From Minisyncoccota bacterium (lineage in GTDB: Bacteria; Patescibacteriota; Minisyncoccia; Minisyncoccales; RBG-13-42-11), in contig JADHYE010000004.1 in the NCBI GenBank assembly GCA_016782605.1, positions 1 through 48,971 of the forward strand: a stretch of 48,971 nt of DNA, read 5' to 3'. Shown one piece after another: positions 45,305 to 48,971 of the stretch (positions are counted from its first letter, which is position 1; each line of letters opens with the position of its first letter). Under the pieces are notes generated by a model that saw only the letters and a program-made list of their open reading frames with translations, had not been told where the DNA came from and searched no databases. The position numbers and the translations under genes were made by a program.

Positions 45305-46318
45305 CTACATCTTATTCCCCACATATCCAGCCATTTCAGCCAGACGACAAGCATAAGCCCATTCGTTATCATACCAGGCAACTATTTTAACCAGATTATC
45401 ATTAGCCATAGTCAAAGAAGCATCAACAATAGCAGAAAAACAGTTTCCCTTGTAATCGGAAGAAACCAAGATAGCGTCCTCCACTCCCAGAATAGCATCT
45501 AAACTCTTTTCCTGGGAAGCTTTTTTGAAAATATAATTTACTTCTTCGGCAGTCGTGCTTTTTTCAACTTCACAAATTAGATCTAAAATCGAAACTACGG
45601 CTGTCGGCACTCTCAAAGCAATTCCATCTAGTTTTCCTTTCAATTCCGGCATTACGTTTCCAATGGCTTTAGCAGCTCCAGTAGTTGTCGGAATAATGTT
45701 CATGGCAGCTGCCCTAGCTCTTCTTAAATCCTTGTGGGGCAAATCAAGAATCCTTTGGTCATTGGTATAGCTGTGAACCGTAGTCATGAATCCTTTGACT
45801 ATCTTGAAGTTTTCGTTCAAAACCTTAGCAATGGGTGCTAAACAATTTGTCGTGCAAGAACCCATATCTATTACTTTGTCTTTTTTAGGGTCAAACTTTT
45901 CTTCATTCACTCCAAGAATGTATGAAGGTATTTTGTCCTGATCTTTGGAAGGAGCGGAAATTATAACTTTTTTTGCACCGGCAGCGATATGCTTTGCAGC
46001 TCCATTATAATCAGTAAAAACACCTGAGCACTCCAGAACAACATCAACACCCAATTCTTTCCAAGGAAGCTTTGCCGGATCTTTCTCAACCAACACTTTT
46101 ATCTGCTTGCCGTCAATAACCAAAGCAGAACCAACAGCCTTAACCGACTTATTATAAATGCCGTACAAAGAATCGTATTTCAAAAGATGGGCTAAGGTAG
46201 CAGCGTCCGTCAAATCATTAATGGCCACCACTTCCAAATCCTTGTGCTTTTCTAAAAGCCTTCTGAGTGTCGGCCGGCCGATCCGGCCAAAACCGTTGAT
46301 TGCGATTTTTACAGCCAT
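45305..46318 (-). CDS. gap: Glyceraldehyde-3-phosphate dehydrogenase
   Basis: 337 aa; INGFGRIGR, and the active-site SCTTNCLAP. Confidence 0.95.
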   Translation of the reverse strand: MAVKIAINGFGRIGRPTLRRLLEKHKDLEVVAINDLTDAATLAHLLKYDSLYGIYNKSVKAVGSALVIDGKQIKVLVEKDPAKLPWKELGVDVVLECSGVFTDYNGAAKHIAAGAKKVIISAPSKDQDKIPSYILGVNEEKFDPKKDKVIDMGSCTTNCLAPIAKVLNENFKIVKGFMTTVHSYTNDQRILDLPHKDLRRARAAAMNIIPTTTGAAKAIGNVMPELKGKLDGIALRVPTAVVSILDLICEVEKSTTAEEVNYIFKKASQEKSLDAILGVEDAILVSSDYKGNCFSAIVDASLTMANDNLVKIVAWYDNEWAYACRLAEMAGYVGNKM

Positions 46319-46320
46319 AT

Positions 46321-46554
46321 TTAATCTTTAATTTTTAATAATTTAACGATTCTTTCCCTATCAAAACCGGCAATAACCTCGCCCTCTATGTCGATCACCG
46401 GCACTTCCATCTTGCCTGTTTTTTCGATAATGAAATCGCGCGATTTAGCATCCTGGGAAACGTCTATTTCCTCAAAAGCCACATTATGTTCCTTTAAAAA
46501 CTCTTTAAGGGTATAACAATAAGGGCAGATTGGAGTGGTAAAAAGTCTGACCAT
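46321..46554 (-). CDS. Glutaredoxin-like protein (NrdH/Grx family)
   Basis: 77 aa from the ATG at 46554 (MVRLFTTPICPYCYTLK); CPYC redox motif. The 131-aa track ORF would overlap the upstream gene. Confidence 0.8.
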   Translation of the reverse strand: MVRLFTTPICPYCYTLKEFLKEHNVAFEEIDVSQDAKSRDFIIEKTGKMEVPVIDIEGEVIAGFDRERIVKLLKIKD

Positions 46555-46558
46555 AAAC

Positions 46559-47515
46559 TTAACCGCAGGTATTATCGCTGGAAGAACCTGTTCCTCCGCC
46601 AAATCCCGGGGCAGGAGATTCCTCAGAAAGAGCCTGGGAACATTCATCAGGCTGCGAATTGAAAGTCTGACAAATAATCTCCTTGAAGTTTTCCGGAGTT
46701 CTCGGACTGACATCAACCACTTTGCCGTTAATGACCACTGTCGGTGAACCGGAGACCCCGTATTGTTCGTTCAGATCAGCCTGCACGTCAAACTTGGGAT
46801 AGGTACCGTTCAGCCAGGTGCTTTTATCGTTGTAAAGCGAAGTGATGCTAAACTCTTCATCTGTCTGTGAAACACAGCTATTAACCTTTTCTGTATCTAT
46901 CCCAGCCTCAGAAAGACAGGCAGCAGAATCTCCAGATACGACAAAACAGCTGAGATATGAAGCATATTTTTCATTTTGCTCTTTCTGAATGCAATACTGG
47001 CTCAAGTTCTCATCGATCTCCTTTTTATCGTGCATAATGTAGTCAACGAAATATATTCCCATGTCAGCTTTATCCTTAAGCAAATCATAAACAGGCAAAA
47101 ACATCTTTTCAGCCTGCAGTCCGTAAGGACAGTAACTCATGATAAAAAGCTTAACGTCAGGCCTGTCGCTCTTTGCCGAAGCCTCCACTTCCCCTTTCAT
47201 CCTGTATCCTTCCGGAAACAGAAACATTCCGTCTTTAGTAACGTAAGACTCGTATTCCTGATTGCCTATTTGCATGGCAAATTTGTAAACTACTTTTTCC
47301 TCAGAAACGGAATTCAAAGAAGCAACATTGCCTTCAGCCAGAAGATTCTCGTTAATGTATTTGACGGCGTTTTCAGCAGCAAGGTCAGCTGGCAAGTCTT
47401 TACCCAGCAACTTGTTTATCGTCCCATAGCCTAAATAAACGCTGGCTGAAGCAGCAACAGCTCCTGCCAAAAAAACAGCCACTAAAATTATTATTTTATT
47501 TACTTTTTTTGTCAT
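46559..47515 (-). CDS. Membrane-anchored thioredoxin-fold (DsbA-like) protein
   Basis: 318 aa; N-terminal TM helix, SYCPYG (CxxC-like CPYG), and a C-terminal GSPTVVINGK cis-Pro loop region. Confidence 0.55.
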   Translation of the reverse strand: MTKKVNKIIILVAVFLAGAVAASASVYLGYGTINKLLGKDLPADLAAENAVKYINENLLAEGNVASLNSVSEEKVVYKFAMQIGNQEYESYVTKDGMFLFPEGYRMKGEVEASAKSDRPDVKLFIMSYCPYGLQAEKMFLPVYDLLKDKADMGIYFVDYIMHDKKEIDENLSQYCIQKEQNEKYASYLSCFVVSGDSAACLSEAGIDTEKVNSCVSQTDEEFSITSLYNDKSTWLNGTYPKFDVQADLNEQYGVSGSPTVVINGKVVDVSPRTPENFKEIICQTFNSQPDECSQALSEESPAPGFGGGTGSSSDNTCG

Positions 47516-47536
47516 ATATTTAATATATCACAAATA

Positions 47537-47746
47537 TTATTTTTTAATAACTTCGTTCAACTCTTTTAACAGTTTTTTGACGTCGATATCGTACATTTTA
47601 CAGACGTCTCCAAGCTTTAAACCTTTCACCTCATACTGGGCAAAAGGACAAGACAAACAGGGAAAATTGTATCTGGCTAAAATCTCCTTGAACTTTGGAT
47701 CATCCAGAATTTCAGATAAAGTTGTATTTTCCGTAATTCCAGCCAT
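47537..47746 (-). CDS. DUF1858-type redox-disulfide small protein
   Basis: 69 aa; the FPCLSCP motif typical of the hybrid-cluster-protein-associated DUF1858 domain. Confidence 0.6.
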   Translation of the reverse strand: MAGITENTTLSEILDDPKFKEILARYNFPCLSCPFAQYEVKGLKLGDVCKMYDIDVKKLLKELNEVIKK

Positions 47747-48507
47747 TAAACTGAAAGCCAGCCACCGTCAATGACCACGGTTGAACCTGTCATATATGAA
47801 GAAGCATCTGAAGCCAAAAATAAAACAAGATTGGATACTTCTTCAGATTTGCCTACTCGACCTAAAGGCAATCTAGCTAAAATGCCCTGCATTGTTTTTT
47901 CATCCTGCTTTATAGGATCAATCATCGGCGTTCCAATAACGCCAGGGGCAATGGCATTAACCCTGATATTGTAGGGGCCTAATTCTATAGCCATTGTTTC
48001 TGTCATAGCGACTATGCCTCCTTTGGAAGCGGAATAATGGGCTAAGGTTGAAAAACCGACTCCCACCTGCCCCATGGCAATGGAAGCCACATTAACAATC
48101 GCTCCTGACTTTTGCTTTGCCATTTCCTTGGCTGCTGTTTGGGCGCAAAGGAAATATCCTTTTAGGTTAATATCAATAGTTCTGTCCCACTCTTCTTCAG
48201 TCAGGTCCAGAAAAGGCTTGAACTGGCAAATGCCAGCATTGTTAACCAGAACATCAAGCTTACCCCATTTATCAATAGCTGTCTTTACCATTTTTTCCAC
48301 TTCTTCTTTTTTTGAAACGTCGCACTTTACTGCCATTGCTTCTCCGTCTGCTTTTTCGATTTCATCAACCACCAGCTGGCATTCTTCCTGGGAAATGTCG
48401 GAAAGCAAAACTTTGGCTCCGGCTTTTGCCAGAGTCAAAGCATGGGACTTACCCATTCCCCTCCTGGCTCCGGTAACAATGGCTACTTTGTTTTTTAAAT
48501 CAAACAT
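47746..48507 (-). CDS. Short-chain dehydrogenase/reductase (FabG-like)
   Basis: 253 aa; TGARRGMG cofactor motif, NNAG, and the YSASK catalytic motif. Confidence 0.85.
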   Translation of the reverse strand: MFDLKNKVAIVTGARRGMGKSHALTLAKAGAKVLLSDISQEECQLVVDEIEKADGEAMAVKCDVSKKEEVEKMVKTAIDKWGKLDVLVNNAGICQFKPFLDLTEEEWDRTIDINLKGYFLCAQTAAKEMAKQKSGAIVNVASIAMGQVGVGFSTLAHYSASKGGIVAMTETMAIELGPYNIRVNAIAPGVIGTPMIDPIKQDEKTMQGILARLPLGRVGKSEEVSNLVLFLASDASSYMTGSTVVIDGGWLSV

Positions 48508-48548
48508 ATTTAAAAAGTTTTAAAATTAAAGTTTTCGACCTTATATAT

Positions 48549-48971
48549 TTATTTTATTACGTTTTTGACAAACAGTCCACAAAGGCACTTACCGTCTCTC
48601 TCAAGTTCTTCCAGATGGTAGGCGCAAGGACAGACAATCTTCTTGTTTTCTTCTGCGTCATCCGTTACTCTCCGACAAGGGCAATATTTGGCCCCCAAAT
48701 TCTTTTCTTTTTCCAGCAAGCTTTTAACGATCGTTTCCACCACTTTTTTATTGGGATTCAAGGAAAAGCCGTTCTTTTCAGCATATTCTTCATATACCCG
48801 AGCCGCAGCGAAGGGTGAAGAAGAGGATTTATCCTCTTTGCCCTCCTCTACCCGAGCCGCAGCGAAGGGTGAAGAAGAGGATTTATCCTCTTTGCCCTCC
48901 TCTACCCGAGCCGCAGCGAAGGGTGAAGAAGAGGATTTATCCTCTTTGCCCTCCTCTACCCGAGCCGCAGC
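48549..48971 (-). CDS. Ferredoxin-thioredoxin-reductase catalytic-subunit-like protein, 5'-partial (open to the window edge)
   Basis: CPCR...CPC...C.CGLF cysteine pattern of FTR-beta. The frame stays open upstream through YEEYAEKNGFSLNP and through all the 54-bp repeats; hand translation found no stop. The track start at 48761 is a TTG. Confidence 0.5.
   Translation of the reverse strand, partial: AAARVEEGKEDKSSSSPFAAARVEEGKEDKSSSSPFAAARVEEGKEDKSSSSPFAAARVYEEYAEKNGFSLNPNKKVVETIVKSLLEKEKNLGAKYCPCRRVTDDAEENKKIVCPCAYHLEELERDGKCLCGLFVKNVIK
48796..48971. repeat. Perfect 54-bp tandem direct repeat, 3.3 or more units, truncated by the window end
   Basis: Unit ACCCGAGCCGCAGCGAAGGGTGAAGAAGAGGATTTATCCTCTTTGCCCTCCTCT begins at 48796, 48850, 48904 and 48958. 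Each unit holds the palindrome AAGAGGAT-TT-ATCCTCTT. Confidence 0.95.

Noticed and set aside
48796-48971. Possible CRISPR array, given regularly spaced repeats that contain a palindrome
   Set aside because: The whole 54-bp unit repeats perfectly with no unique spacers, no cas genes are nearby, and the repeats are in frame with a downstream ORF. This is a tandem repeat, not a CRISPR array.

Overview
AT-rich, gene-dense bacterial segment of about 49 kb, with nearly every gene on the minus strand. Several features point to a Candidate Phyla Radiation / Patescibacteria-type genome. These are rRNA genes interrupted by insertions and homing-endonuclease ORFs, almost no Shine-Dalgarno motifs, overlapping or tightly packed genes, and a cell-wall-centred core gene set. 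From left to right: (1) a cell-envelope and translation block: FemAB-like, DegT aminotransferase, membrane-anchored Mur ligase, hydrolase, serS, M20 peptidase, lysS, radical SAM, PBP2, mreD, mreC. (2) A visibly GC-richer orphan gene flanked by 119-bp direct repeats, inserted just downstream of the 5S gene. (3) An rRNA locus on the minus strand in the order 16S, tRNA-Ile, tRNA-Ala, two protein genes, 23S, 5S. The 16S carries an ORF-less insertion of about 435 nt in the decoding-centre strand. The 23S carries two LAGLIDADG-encoding introns. (4) tRNA-Thr, tsf, rpsB, rpmE, prfA, a coiled-coil lytic transglycosylase, L25, aldolase, a PfkB kinase, ppsA and acs. (5) A 9.4-kb accessory array (35.86-45.30 kb) between acs and gap. 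It holds 15 short, functionally unrelated minus-strand ORFs punctuated by at least 12 full or partial copies of a composite junction repeat. This looks like an integron-like cassette array, but no recombinase is visible in the window. (6) gap and a thiol-redox cluster, ending in perfect 54-bp tandem repeats that stay in frame with a ferredoxin-thioredoxin-reductase-like ORF running off the window. The cassette array is the best candidate for something new. All calls come from reading the sequence and the ORF translations; no database search was run.
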